This document shows positions 38,581 through 52,345 of a DNA stretch of 64,000 nt, one piece after another. This stretch comes from Mobula birostris (taxonomy: Eukaryota). A program made the translations under genes and the position numbers. How positions within the stretch are numbered: position 1 is the first letter of the stretch; each line of letters opens with the position of its first letter. The stretch lies in the NCBI RefSeq assembly GCF_030028105.1, contig NC_092384.1:17243629-17307628 (forward strand). The letters run 5' to 3'. The notes under the pieces are model-generated. The model did no database searches, had not been told where the DNA came from, and worked only from the letters and a program-made list of their open reading frames with translations.

Positions 38581-41500
38581 CCCATAAGACCATAAGACCA
38601 TAAGAGAAAGGAGTAGAAGTCGGCCATTCGGTCCATCGAGTCGGCTCCGCCATTTGATCATGAGTTGATCCATTCTCCCATTTCGTCCCACTGCCCCGCC
38701 GTCTCACCATAATCTTTGATGCCTTGGCTACTCAGATACTTATCAATCTCTGCCTTAAATACACTCAATGACTTGGCCTCCACTGCTGCCCGTGGCAACA
38801 AATTCCGTAGATTCGCCACCGTCTGACTAAAAAAATTTCTTCCCATTTCTGTTCTGAATGGGCGCCCTGCAATCCTTAAGTCATGCCCTCTCGTACTAGA
38901 CTCCCCCATCAAGGGAAACAACTTTGCCACATCCACTCTGTCCATGCCTTTCAACATTCGAAATGTTTCTATGAGGTTTCCCCTCATTCTTCTAAACTCC
39001 AAGGAATACAGTCCAAGAGCGGACAAACGTTCCTCATATGTTAACCCTCCCATTCCCGGAATAATTCTAGTAAATCTTCTCTGTACCCTCACCAACGTCA
39101 GCACATCTTTTCTTAAATGAGGAGATCAAAACTGCCCGCAGTACTCCAAGTGAGGTCTCACCAGCGCCTTATAGAGACTCAACATCACATTCCTGCTCCT
39201 ATACTCTATTCCTCTAGAAATGAATGCCAACATTGCATTCGCCTTCTTCACTACTGACTCACCTGGAAGTTAACCTTATAGATATCCTGTACGAGGACTC
39301 CGAAGTCCCGTTGCATCAAACTTTGATTTTTTTCTCCATTTAAATCATAGTCTTCCCGTTTATTTCTTCTACCAGAGTGCATAACCATACACTTTCCAAC
39401 ATTGTATTTAATATGCCGCTTCTCTGCCCATTTTTCCAATCTATTCAAGTCTCTCTGCAGACTCTCCGTTTCCTCAGCACTACCGGCTGCTCCACCTATC
39501 TTCGTATCGTCAGCAAACTTAGCCACTAAGCCATCCATTGCATAATCCCAATCGTTGATGTACAATCTAAAAAGAAGCGGCCCCAACATGGACACCTGTG
39601 GAACACCACAGGTAACCGGCAGCCAACCAGAATAGGATCCCTTTATTCCCAGTCTCTGTCTCCTGCCAATCAGCCAACGCTCCATCCACGTATGTAACTT
39701 TCCCGTAATTCCATGGGCTCTTATTTTGTTAAGTAGCTTCATGTGTGGCACCTTGTCAAAGGCCTTCTGAAAATCCAAATATACAACATCCACTGCAACT
39801 CCCTTGTCTAGCCTACTGGTAATTTCCTCAAAAAGTTGTAATAGGTTTGTCAGGCAGGATTTTCCTTGAAGGAATCCATGCTGAGTTCTGCCTATCTTGT
39901 CGTATGCCTCCAAGTAGTCTGTCTTCTCATCCTTGACAATCGACTCTAACAACTTTCCAGCCACCGATGACAAGCTAACAAGCCTATAATTTCCTTTTCG
40001 CTTCTTTTCCCCCTTCTTAAATAGCGGAGTGACATTTGCAATCTTCCAGTCCTCCGGAACCCTGCCAGAATCTATTGACTGTTAAAAGGTCATCGGTAAT
40101 GCATCCCCAATCTCCACAACGACTTCCTTCAGAACACGCATGTGCATTCCATCGGGTCCCGGAGATTTATCTACCTTTAGACTATTCAGCTTCCTGAGTA
40201 CTTTCTCTGTCGAAATTGTGACTGCACACACTTCTCTTCCCTATGACCCTTGAGTGTCCGGTATACTGCTGATGTCTTCCTCAGTGAAGACTGATGCAAA
40301 ATACCAGTTCAGTTCCTCTGCCATCTCCTTATCTCCCATTACAATTTCCCCAGAGCATAATTTTCTATCGGTCCAATATCTACTCTCACCTGTCTTTTAC
40401 TCTTCATATACTTGAAAAAGCTTTTAGTATTCTCTTTTGATATTATTTGCAAGCTTCCTTTCATAGTTAATCTTTTCCCTCTTAATGATCTTCATAGTTT
40501 CCTTTTGTAAGGTTTTAAAAACTTCCCAGTCCTCCGTCTTCTCCCTAATTTTTGCTTCCTTGTATGCCCTCTCCTTTGCTTTAACTTTGTCTTTGACTTC
40601 TCTTGTCAACCACGGTTGCGCCCTTTTTCCATTCGAAAATTCCTTCTTTTTTGGAATATACCTGTCTTGCACCTTCCTCACTTCTCGCATGAACTCCAGC
40701 CACTGCTCCTCTACTGTCCTTCCCGCCAGTGTCCCTTTCCAGTCAACCTTGGCCAGATCCTCTCTCATGCCACTGTAATTTCCTTTACTCCACTGAAATT
40801 CCGACACATCAGATTTCGGCTTCTCTTTTTCAGATTTCACAGTGAACGCAATCATATTATGATCATTGCATCCTAAGTGTTCCTTCACCTCAATCTCTCT
40901 AATCACCTCCGGTTCATTACACAATACCCAATCTAGTACAGCTGATCCCCTAGTGGGCTCAACAACAAGCTGTTCTTAAAAACCATCTCGCAGACATTCT
41001 CTCTCTCGAGATCCAGTGCCGACCTGATTTTTCCAATCCACTCGCATGGTAAAATCTCCAGCAATTATCATAACACTGCTCTTACGACAAGCCTTTTCTA
41101 TTTCCTGTTGTAATTTGTAGTCCACATCACTGCAGCTGTTCGGAGGCCTATGAATAACTGCCATCAGGGTCCTTTTACTCCTGCGATTTCTTAGCTCAAA
41201 CCATAAAGATTCTGCACCTTCCGATCCTATATCACCTCTTTCTAATGATATAACATCATTTCTTACCAATAAAGCCACGCCTCCCCCTCTGCCTACCTTC
41301 CTATCCTTCCCATAAACCGTGTATCCTTGGACGTTCAGCTCACAGAGACATACATCCTTTATCCACGTCTCAGTGATTGCCGCAATATCATACCTGCCAA
41401 TTTGTAGCTGTACGACAAGGTCATCCACCTTATTCCTTATGCTGCGTGCATTTAAGTGTGACATCTTAAGACCAGTATTTGGTACTTCTCGCTTTGATTT

Positions 41501-42550
41501 CACTGCAACTTTATCGCACTGCAACTCATCCCATTGGCTACAAGTTTGCCCCATCACCTGCCTGTCTTTCCTGACATCTTTACTGCTCACTATCTTCGAT
41601 TTATTTCTGTTTTCACCTTCCTCCGCTCTGTCATTCCGGTTCCCATCCCCCTGCCAAATTCGTTTAAACCCTCCCTAACAGCTGTACTAAACTTTCTCGC
41701 CGGGATATTGGTCCCCTTCGGTTTCAGGTGTAACCTGTCCTTTTTAAAATGGTCGAATTTCCACCAGAAGAGATCCCAATTATCCAAGAATCTGAAGCCG
41801 TGCTGCCTGCACCAGTCTCTCAGCCACGCATTCATCTGCCTGTTCCTACTATTCTTGCCCACGCTAGCACATGGCATAAGTAGCAATCCCGAGATTACTA
41901 CCCTGGAGGACCTGCTTCTCAGTTTCCTTCCTAACTCCTGGAAATCTCTCTTAAGGACCTCCTCCTTTGTCCTATCTCTGTCACTGGTACCAACATGTAC
42001 CAACCAGACAACTGGCTGCTCACCCTTCCCCTTCAGAATATTCACGACCCGATCCGAGATATCCTGTGCCCTGGCACGTGGGAGGCAACACACCATGCGG
42101 GTATCTCTATAAGGCTCACAGAATCTCCTGTCCGTTCCCCTGACTATGGAATCCCCTATGACTATCGCATTCTTCTTCTCCCTCCTTCTCTCCTGTACAA
42201 CAGCGGCAGGCTCAGTGTCAGATACCCGGTCACCGTGGGCGTCCCCTGTCAGGTCATCCCGCTCAACAGCATCCAGAACAAGATATTTGTTGCTGAGGGG
42301 GCAGCTACAGGTGTGCTCTCCGCTATCCAGGCAGTTTCCTTCCCTCTCTTGACAGTGACCCAGTTATCTGACCCCTGTAGCCTAGGGATGACTACCTCCC
42401 TGTAGTTCCTGTCTATCACCTCTTCACTTTCCCTGATAAGCAGTAGGTCATCAAGCTGCAGCTCTAGATCCCCAACCCGGTCTCTGAAGAGCTGCATCTC
42501 GCTGCACCTGGCGCAGATATGGCCATCAGGGAGGCTGGAGGTCTCCCAGG
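38581..42550 (-). mobile_element. CR1 LINE, about 4 kb, with ORF1 esterase, endonuclease and RT remnants
   Basis: ORFs 41590-42096 (CLPRA, HVGTSD), 40976-41590 (HLNARSIRNK, AITETW, AGDF), 39251-39973 (YLDFQKAFDKV, FADD); (CTTATGGT)n tail at 38581. Confidence 0.92.
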
Positions 42551-42896
42551 ATGAACTATGAACTGTAAAAGTACCCCTATGAACTCTGTTTTTAAAAAGA
42601 GAGAGAAAGAGTTGCCCAACACAAACATCTTGTTAAAAAGAGAGAGAAAGAAAGAAAGAGAGGCGAAGACCGCTCACAGCATGTTTATACTTTCTACAAT
42701 GATGCTGCCTGCTTGGAAATTCTTACAGAGAGGGAAAGGAGGAGCTGTGTGAAAGACAGCTTGTAATCAGCACACGGAGATAAATTGAAGTTCTTATTAT
42801 AGACCTGGAGACACATGTTTTTGGACACTAAATGAGCTTTGTTGTGCCCACAGAAAAAGTGGGTTTTGGAGGATTGATCAGTCGGATCTATGAGTG

Positions 42897-44421
42897 TGTC
42901 ATAGAAGTGAGGTCAGTGAAGTCCGCATTCCGGTTCACGGTCCAGTCCGGGGACTCAGGACTCCGGGTCTTCCAGCTGTCCATTGTTTGAGTTAATCATA
43001 GGTACCTTATTCCCATCTTGGGGCTTGCAATATACAAACGTTTGTAAGTAGCCTTGGGATTGAGTGTGGGCTACTGGTTTGTTTTGTCAGATCCCCTTGA
43101 AGCAACATTCTGATGGAAGGCTAGTGATACCATTCGTGATCTCTAGACCTGGTTGTAGGACCACCGCTTCATGGAGCCTTCTTGCCACTTGTTGGAATAG
43201 TCTTTGCAGTATGGATTCGGCTGTTTCCGGCCCAGCTGAGTGGCCGTCAGTCAATCCGAGCTAGGTGGGGATCCGGCTGTTTCCGTACCCAGCGGAGGTT
43301 GCTGGCTGTAACTGCGACTTGGAGCAACCCTGAAGAAGAGGTGGATCTGTCTGTCATTCTTTGGTGTTTGTCCCTTCTTGTCCTCTCCTCCGTGGGGTAC
43401 GTCAAGCCGTTTTCCCGTTGTTCTGCGGGGGCATCTGTCTTGACTTGTCCTCGCCTCCGTAGGGTAAGTCAGGTCGTCTTGCCGTTGCCCTGCGGGAGGA
43501 CAATTCTGGTCTTGTCTTTGCCTCTGTTGGGTAAGTCTGGCCGTCCTGCCGTTACCCAACAGGTGGATCTGTCCCACCTTGGTGGGGAGAAGTTGAGTCC
43601 CGGCTTGTCTTAGGATAAGTCCCGGCTCTATGTCTATGTTCCGCCCTGTCTCATGTTAGTGCCGTGTTAAAGATGAGTCCCGGCTTGTCGAAGGCTAGGT
43701 CCCGGCTCTAAGTTGATGTTTGGTTCCCAGTCTGTCTCTGAGCTCCAAGAACCCAAGCTTCGACGATCTCGCAGCTAAGATCCAAGAACTCAAGCCTCGA
43801 AGATCCCGCAGCCAAGCTCCAAGAATACAAGCCTCGAAGATACTGCAGCCAAGCTCAAGACCCAAGACCCCAGCCTCTAGCCAAGCTCAAGACCCAGGAC
43901 CCAAGCCTCTAGCCAAGCCTTAAGACCTAAGACCCCAGTCTCTAGTCAAGCCTCAAGACCCAAGACCCCAGCCTCTAGCCAAGCCGCAAGACCCAGGACC
44001 CCAGCCTCAAGCCACGTCATATCCTTGCCTGGTTCTGGGGTCTGAGCCCGAGGCAAGACCTAGGTTCTTTTCCAGTCTCGGGCTCGGAGTACCAAACCTT
44101 GTCTTGTCTCCAAGCTCAGGCCTCTAGACCCCAGCCACGTCCTGTCCTGAAGCTATGTCATGTCCTTGCCTGGTTCTGGGGTCCGAGCCCGAGACAATGC
44201 CGAGGCTATGGGTCCATGTCCAGTCTCGGGCTCGGAGTCCAAGCCTTGCCTTCTAGTCGCTGGTTTCTAGGCCTGGTCCCTCTTTCCCTAGCCCAAGTCT
44301 GCGTTCTTGTCCCTGATCCTGGTCTGAGTCCTGTCATGTCTCTACTCTAGTCACGTCCTGTTCCTTGTACATCAGTGGCTGTGTCTTGTATTTGGGTCCG
44401 TTCCCAGACCCCATTGTGACA
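42897..44421 (+). mobile_element. Solo LTR of the 2815-4406 family, inserted in the Gypsy 3' LTR
   Basis: TGTCAT...GTGACA; 5-bp TSD GAGTG/CAATG (CAGTG in the 5' LTR); internal degenerate CAAGACCC/AGCCTC repeats. Confidence 0.8.
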
Positions 44422-44579
44422 CAATGGCTCTCGCAGTGTGAAAAGGGCGTGACCGTTGGGGAGCTATTTTTATATCCAACCCTCGCCTGGGTTGATACTT
44501 TCACCTCTGAAAAACGGTCCCCTTTGTTGTGGTCACAGTCGGTGAGTTCGAAAGGATTTCGGAGGATAACGGGAAGATC

Positions 44580-44666
44580 AATTGAAGATAATGGGAAGAA
44601 ATTGGTAACGAAAACCAATCTCCCTCGGGATCAATAAAGTATGACTATGACTATGACAATGAGTAT
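44580..44666 (+). mobile_element. Short Rex1-like LINE 3' tail in the 3' LTR (reverse-oriented relative at about 32208-32386)
   Basis: GGGATCAATAAAGT(ATGACT)n flanked by GATC/GATC; absent from the 5' LTR. Confidence 0.6.
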
Positions 44667-47639
44667 GATCGACGGCGTCAGCTCACCTGAAGATTCAAAT
44701 ATCGCTCTCTCTCTCTCTCTCTCTCTCTCTCCACCACTACTCAGCTCAACACCACGAACTGAACTGAACATTAGTCATCTTCGTAAGACTACCTATTTAC
44801 CCCATACACTTGAAGAAGCTTGGTTGTCATATATTTCCACACTTACTTATACATAATCATTGCTAACCTGTTTTATATATCTGCATTTATATTACTGTAT
44901 TGCGTAGTTTTTAATACATTCCATTAGTTAATAGTGCTTTCTATCCCTGCTGGCTGTTTAACCTGTCACGGGGTACGTGACATCTGTACCTACTCCCCAC
45001 CTTTTTTAATCCCGCACGTTATCCACTAAACACGTTGACCAGATGACCAACAATAATGTATTATTCTAACAAGATGTTCACCCTGTTGTGTCACACATAC
45101 ATCTACCTGAACCGGAGTTAATGTGTCAATTTACTGACTATTGGCCAAATAATTGCTGGGCATATTGCTGACTTATTTTGCTCCATCGGGCAATTGGGAA
45201 GTTATTAATTACTGAGGAGCTCTGTCCAGAGCACCATATTCTTCGAGGGTACACATCTAAAGACGTGATTCCTATATAAATTTACATTCTAACGTCCACG
45301 TTTTTCAGTCAAATGTTATGGTTAGGCTAAACTTGATTTCCTTTAATTTGACCATGTGCTTATTTCCTCTGCGCAGTGTGGGCTGTGAACGTAAACAGGT
45401 TGTGATGCATTTATCTTGCCTTTTGGCTGCCTTGGCATTTCTGTTACGACCATATGATAGTGCAGTTATATTTTACAACTAATTTTGAGCAGCAAGTCAT
45501 GAATGTATATGAAACCGAAGAGTACTGCATTTTCTTATCATACGACATTTACTGATAAAAATTCAGGCACAGAGGTGTTATCACGAGAATACTTTGCGAT
45601 CTTTTTTTTTCACATCTTCAAATCTGTATTTCCCTCAGTTGAACGTTGACATCAGTGAGCAAGAATAACTGTTCAATTGGTGGATGTTACCCTACAAACA
45701 ACGTTTCCCTCGCAGGCTGTGACGAATCTATGATATTTTTTTCATCCTCTGAGGACTGGGGAGGGAATAGCTTGGTGGGGGAGGGGTGTTTAAGGCAATG
45801 TAGGTTTATATCATGGAACGACTGGTAACTGTTCAATTAACCAGAAAAGGAGGTTATTGTTGAACATATCAGGCATTATCCTCTTGAATGACCGGGCAGT
45901 AGAGAGAGTTGGAATGGCACAATGTATTCTCAATCTTATCCATAAGCTTCGTTCTTTTATTTTTTTTCCAGTGATAATCGCCCCCAATAAATCGGAGACG
46001 AAATTGATCCCTTATCTTCCAAACTCATACATGTGATATCGATTAACAATCTATTTCTGGATGCAATAAATGGAACGAAACAATGCCTCGGGATAGCATT
46101 CATTGACAGTCTGTGGCTCTAAACTGCAGCTGGATTCTCAGCTTCACAGTTTCTTTGCTGTATTTACATCTGCATACAATGAATGTTGGTTTTGATGTTT
46201 GGATGCTGAGGTGTTCTTGGAATCGGGAAGCTGCAGACTGGCGTAAGTCAGTTTGTCAGCTCCAATTCTTTTCGTCTGTGGAAATATTTCAAAACCAGCA
46301 GTTAATCAAGAATCATCGATTGAACAAACTGAATCAAAGATTGTAGAATAAATTAGTGATGCGCTCATAAGTTATCAAACTAGATTTCTGCTGTTTTACA
46401 CAAAAATTTTGTCAATATTTTTTCAACTTTTTCTTTTTGATTCATATGGTATTTCTACTCTAAGAGCCTATGTTGGCCCACTGAACAATAAGCGTTTCTG
46501 TCCTTATTTGAAATGAAGTTCAACAAAATCGAATTGGTAGTGTTGTTAATTCCTTGAAGCAGCAGGTATACTGTATACAAAATATTTCGCTAACTGAAAA
46601 TACAAGCACATTTTTTTGTGTTATATGTGTCTGATTGCCGCAAGCTGTTTAGTCTATAGACCTTACTGGTATTTCCTCAGTCACACCTGAAAGCAGAACT
46701 CCAAATGCACATAGATACTGCTAACAGTGGATACCGCACAACTGATAGAATGAAGTTTGGCACTTTGTTCATTCATTCCGTATGCTTACTGTTTTGTCAC
46801 AGTTCAGTCTTTCCATCAATAACACCAATGTTCGTTTGGTTCAGTGTTCCACTGTTATTATCAGATATTCGTGTTCATTATGGAGATGACAATGGGCTTT
46901 GGAGAGGATGGCTTTCGCAGGTTCATGCTTTTTAGTATTTCCTGGTTTGCAAATTACATATGGGAAATTAAATTCGTAAAAGCAAGAGAAAAACCTAATC
47001 TTGAGGGAGTTTGCAGATGCTGGAAACCTTGAAGAATGCAAAGAAAAATGCTGAAGAAATTCATTAGGTAAGGCAGCATGTATAAATAAACTGTTGATGT
47101 TTTTGGCCGAAGCGCTTTAACAGGACAGTAAAAGGAGTCAGAAGTTAGAATAAGAAGGTGGGGAAGGGGTACAGCATGGCAGGTGATAGGAAAAACCAGG
47201 TTGGTAAGAAGGTGTGTGGATGATGGGGGATGGAGTGACGTAGAAGCTAGGAGGTGGTGGGTGGAAAAGGAAAATGGTGGAGGAAGGAGTCTGATTGGAA
47301 GAATCAATGGACCCTGGAAGAAATGGAAGAAGGAGGGGCACCAGTGGAGGTGATGGACAGATCAGAGAAGAGAAGAGAAGAGAAGAGAAGAGAAGAGAAG
47401 AGGTGAAAGGGAGCCAGAATTGGGAGCAGAGAAAAAAAAGAGAGGAGGTGGTGATGAAGTAAGTATCAAAAGTTAGAGAGATCAATGCTTATGCCTTCAG
47501 GTTGGAGTTCACCCAGATGGAACAAAAAGGTAATGATATTTCGAGGGTATTCAGTTGCAAATGTCATAGTGACAAAGGTCTGCTCAGTTCGGTAAAATTA
47601 ACCTCCTTTGGGATAATGTTTATATAAGGATACTATAGA

Positions 47640-50020
47640 CCTGTTAGCTTGACATGAGTGGTTCGGAAGTTGTGGGAAGCGATGGTAGGGAAGAGAATAC
47701 GGAGTATCTGAATGCAAATGACAAGATAGGCCAAAGCAAGCATGGTTTTCTGAAAGGAGAATCCTGCCTGACTAAACTATTTCAATTTCTGAGGAAAGTA
47801 CAAGCAGAGTAGACAAAGAAAATGTAGTAGATATGGTGTACTTAGATTTTCAGAAGGCCTTTGACAAGGTGCTGCACATGAGACTGCTTGGCAAGATAAG
47901 AGCCATTGGCATTACATAGGAGTCAGTAGCATGGGAGTAGCAGTGGCTGATTGGCAGAAAACAGAGAGTGGAATAAGACCATAAGACAAAGGAGCAGAAG
48001 TCGGCCATTCGGCCCATCGAGTCTGCTCCGGCATTTGATCATGAGCTGATCCATTCTCCCATTTAGTCCCAACCCCTGCCTTCTCACCATAACCTTTGAT
48101 GCCCTGGCTACTCAGATTCCTATCAATCTCTGCCTTAAACACACCCAAAGACGTGGCCTCCACTGCTGCCCGTGGCAACAAATTCCGTAGATTTACCACC
48201 GTCTGACTAAAAAAATTCTTCGCATTTCTGTCCTGAATGGGGGCCCTTCGATCCTTAAGTCATGCCCTCACGTACTAGACTCCCCCATCATGGGAACAAA
48301 CTTTACCACATCCACTCTGTCCATGCCTTTCAACATTCGAAATGTTTCTATGAGGTCTCCCTCATTCTTCTAAACTCCAAGGAATACAGTCCAAGAGTGG
48401 ACAAACGTTCCTCATACGTTAATCCTCTCTTTCACGGAATCATTCTCGTGAATCTTCACTGTACCCTCTCCAACGTTAGCACATCCTTTCTTCAATATAG
48501 AGACCAATCTGCCGACAGTACTCCAAGTGAGGTCTCACCAGCGCCTTATAGAGCCTCAACATCACATTCCTGCTCCTATACTCTATTCCGCTAGAAATGA
48601 ATGCAAACATTGCATTCACCTCCTTCACTACCGATTCAACCTGGAGGTTAACCTTAAGGGTATCCTGTACGAGGACTCCCAAGCCCCGTTGCATCTCAGA
48701 ACTTTGAATTCTTTCATCATTTAAATAATAGTCTGCCCGTTTATTTCTTCTACCAAAGTGGATAACCGTACACTTTCCAACATTGTATTTCATTGGCCAC
48801 TTCTTTGCCCATTCTTCCAATCTATCCAAGTCTCTCTGCGGACTCTCCGTTTCCTCAGCACTACCGGCCCCTCCCCCTATCTTCGTATCGTCAGCAACTT
48901 AGCCACAAAGCCATGTATTCCATAATACAAATCGTTGATGCACAATGTAAAAGAAGCGGCCCCATCACGGACCCCTAGGTCCCCTCATAAAGGGATCCTA
49001 TTCTGGCTGGCTATTGGTTGCCCGTGGAGTTGCACAGGGGTTGGTGTTGGAGACCGCTGCTTTTTACCATGTATGTCAATGATTTAAACTATGGAATTAG
49101 TAGACTTGTAGCTAAATTTGCCGATGATACAAGGGTAGGTGGATGAGTTAGTAGTTTTGAGGAAAGAGAGAGTCTGCAGAAAGACTTAGCTAGTTAAGGG
49201 GAATGGGCAAAGAAGTGGCAAGTGAAATACAATGTTGGAAAGTATATGGTCATGCACCTTGGAGGGGGAAATAAACGGGCAGACTATTGGAAAGATGGGG
49301 AGATAAGTCAAAATGCAGAGATGCAAAACGACTTGGGAGTCCCTGTGCAGAATGCACTAAAGTTAACCCCCAGGCTCAGTCGGTGTTGAAGAAAAGCGAA
49401 TGTTGGCATTTCATTTCTAGAATATAAGAGGATGGGTGTGAGGTTGAGGCTCGAAGAGGCACTCGTGAGTCCACACTTGGAGTAGTGTTTTCATTTTTGG
49501 ACTCCTTATATTAGAAAGGATAAACTGACACTGGAGAGGTTTCAGAGAATATTCACGACAATGATTCCAGGAATGAAAAGGTTACCGTATGAGGAACGTC
49601 TGGCAGCTCTTGGGCTGTATTCCTTGGAATTTAGGGGCATGCAGCGGGAATCTCATAGAGACATTCCAAATGTTAAAAGGCCTGAACCCATTAGATATGG
49701 CGAATCTAATTATTTCCCATGGCAGGAGAGTCTGGGACAGGAAGGCACGACTTCAGGATTGAAGTACGTCCATTTGGACAGTGATGCGGAAAAAGCACTT
49801 TAGTCAGACGGTGTTAAATATGTGGAATTAGTTGCCGCGAACGGCTGTGGAGGCCGAGTCATTTAGTGGATTTAAGGCAGAGATAGATATGTTCTTAATT
49901 AGCCAGGGCATCAAAGGGTATATGAAGAAGGCAGGGGAGTGGGGATGACTCGAAGAATTGGATCAGCCCATGATTGAATGGCGGAGCAGACTCTGCTTCT
50001 ATATCTTATGGTCTTATGGT
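47640..50020 (+). mobile_element. CR1 RT and 3' fragment containing a nested antisense CR1 (about 47977-48978)
   Basis: The host matches 10850-12230; the insert is absent from duplicate A and has its tail (ACCATAAGAC) on the left. Confidence 0.85.
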
Positions 50021-50295
50021 TATATATATATGTTTTGCGTGGCTCGGTAGCGTAGCGGCTAGCGTAACACTATTACAGCTGCAGTGATCCAGGTTTAGTT
50101 CCCATACATGACTAAATAGTGGGTTTTTACGTTTTCCCATGACCGTATGCCTTCTTTGGGCGTTCGGGTTTCCTCTCACATTTGAAAGAGTACGGCGAGT
50201 CGGCTAATTGGTAACATGGGTGCAATTGGGCGGTACGAACCTATTAGGCCGGACGCCTCGGTAACAGTGTTAAATATCTGAAGAAAATTCATATG

Positions 50296-50433
50296 TTATT
50301 CTTGGCAATCTCTCTGCTTTACCTGAGAATAGATAATGCGCTCTTCTTGTTCTCGATCTTTCCGAAATCCTATGCCGTCCCGCATATTTAGTGAAACATA
50401 GGCGGTGGTGAGATCAACCGCAGCCTGTTCAGC
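50296..50433 (-). CDS. IgSF receptor exon 7, cytoplasmic tyrosine motifs (AEQAAVDLTTAYVSLNMRDGIGFRKDREQEERIIYSQVKQRDCQE*)
   Basis: Acceptor gtgttttcccaacag|, phase 0; TAA at 50298-50296; contains TAYVSL and canonical ITIM IIYSQV. An internal donor CAG|gtaaag (exon end 50323) could lead to a different last exon. Confidence 0.8.
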   Translation of the reverse strand, partial: AEQAAVDLTTAYVSLNMRDGIGFRKDREQEERIIYSQVKQRDCQE

Positions 50434-52301
50434 CTGTTGGGAAAACACATTTAATACTGATAACTGATACAAAGGTCAGTGACCATGAACTACATTTGAT
50501 TCGGAATATCTAATCATAGAAAAGTATTTAAAATGGTTGGAATGATATTTTGCGCGCGTATACTATCGTTGTTCGTATAGCATACGGGAGGTGGGATACC
50601 AAACCCATTTCAGGCTAGAAGTTGCCACGTTTATTTTAGATTTCTGAACAACCACGTAAAACCATTCTATCAATCCGATGGATTTCTCAGGTCTGGCCAT
50701 CTTTTTTTTTTCCATCTCTTCTGTCATATCCCTTACGCCCCTCCAAGTTTTGTTCATGGGCTTTATCCGATGCGATTATCTTATGCACCCCATCAAATCA
50801 TTATAATTATTGGCGTGACCAGATTTCGTCCCCATGGTGCATTTAGAACTTGTGACCCTTAAAACTCGTAATATCTACGTTGAGGACATTGGAACAAATG
50901 GCAAGACCTGATGTATTGTTCCAGCCTGGTTGAACTGAGGTAGCGAATACGGAAGGGGCATCTTGCCCGCTGTTGAACTGATTGGTGTTGCTGGTGAATC
51001 AATTAAACTACAATAAAATTAAATAGAGCAATTGGACATGGCAGCAGTAAGTCGTTAAAACAGCATTTGTTATGGCTGAAGCAATGACATAGCATTCCAG
51101 AGGAATAAAGTGACAGTGCAAAAACAATCTTGAACGATCCAGTTTCAACTTAGATTTTTCTCTCAGAAGCCGTCCTTCTTTTCGGGAAGTGATACGAACA
51201 CTGATGGAAGTTTTAACGGAGTTCTACTATAATGAAGCCAGTGATATATGACAACCTTGTTTTGGTGATATGAAAAGTTGCTGCAGCAAATATCGTTAGG
51301 TAAATGTAAAATAATGCGCAAAAATTGGGAAGATGATTAGTGGAACACAAGAAGACATTTTCAGTTTTAGTCAGATAAAATCGACAAAGATTTAATATAT
51401 TCTAAAAGGAGAATCCAGGTGGGACAATTTTATTAACATTGAACTGCTGTAAATTTAAAGTAAATTCAACAAATAAAACACACAGTAGATCAGGAAACAC
51501 GAGAGCAAAGAGAAACAGTTGAAGTTGACACTGCTTTCTGTGGAGGGGTGTTCAATCTGAAACGACAAATGTTACTCTTTCCCAAGATGCCGTTAAGATT
51601 TTTAATTTCTGGTTTACATCGAAAATGAGAGATGACAATACATTTATAGATTTCATGTACTTCTTTCAAAATTGAGGATGATAAACATTCAGCGTAGCCT
51701 CGTGGAGCAGAAGGAGCCTTGAGAAGTTTCGTTACCACCTGTGTTTCATTGTGCACCAGATAGTACACGGTGTTATTGGAAGCATATTCGATTCTATACA
51801 CTGCTGTGTGGATCTTTGTTGGGAATCCAGGTTAAAAACTGCATATGAGTTCCAAAGCAAGACTTCGTTGCAGTTTTTTATCTTGCTTACTGTGCGTTCA
51901 AATCAATTGTAACATATATTGCGAACTGATTCATGTGTGTAATGTATTTTCCCAATGACCACTACACCACGATTCTCGTAAACCGACATTTGACTTCTAA
52001 AACATCCCAGTCTTAGATTTGGATTTAATCATTCGTCACACGAAGAATTATTAACAGCCTAACTTCCCTTAGTCTACATTACGGTTCATCTTAATGTAAC
52101 TGATATGGAATCCTGAAAGACTATAGGAAGCAGATTCAACAGGAATATTCAAATAGATCTTGGATATATGCTTCAAAATAAAGAGTTGTCACAGAGTTTC
52201 ATTCTTCTCTACTGCGTTCCAAATGTTAGAACAAAATAAATTCATAATGTATCTGCTATATATATACGTCGTTCTGAAAGAAGAGGAACCACTACACGTA
52301 C

Positions 52302-52345
52302 CGGCTCTGCATTCTGACATCTGTCCACAGAACTTGTGCTAACCC
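52302..52345 (-). CDS. IgSF receptor exon 6, cytoplasmic (GVSTSSVDRCQNAEP)
   Basis: 44 nt, phase 1-0; acceptor tttcttttatttcttaag|, donor CCG|gtacgt; supplies the phase change needed to reach exon 7; homologue at 15774-15820. Confidence 0.8.

Larger units (their letters stand above)
32656..44982 (+). mobile_element. Gmr1-type Ty3/Gypsy LTR retrotransposon with nested insertions
   Basis: TG...CA termini; 4-bp TSD TCTG (32652-32655, 44983-44986); the empty site is visible in duplicate A near 8300; 5' LTR 32656-33486; degenerate tRNA-Pro PBS about 33491-33509; PPT about 37598-37609. Confidence 0.9.
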
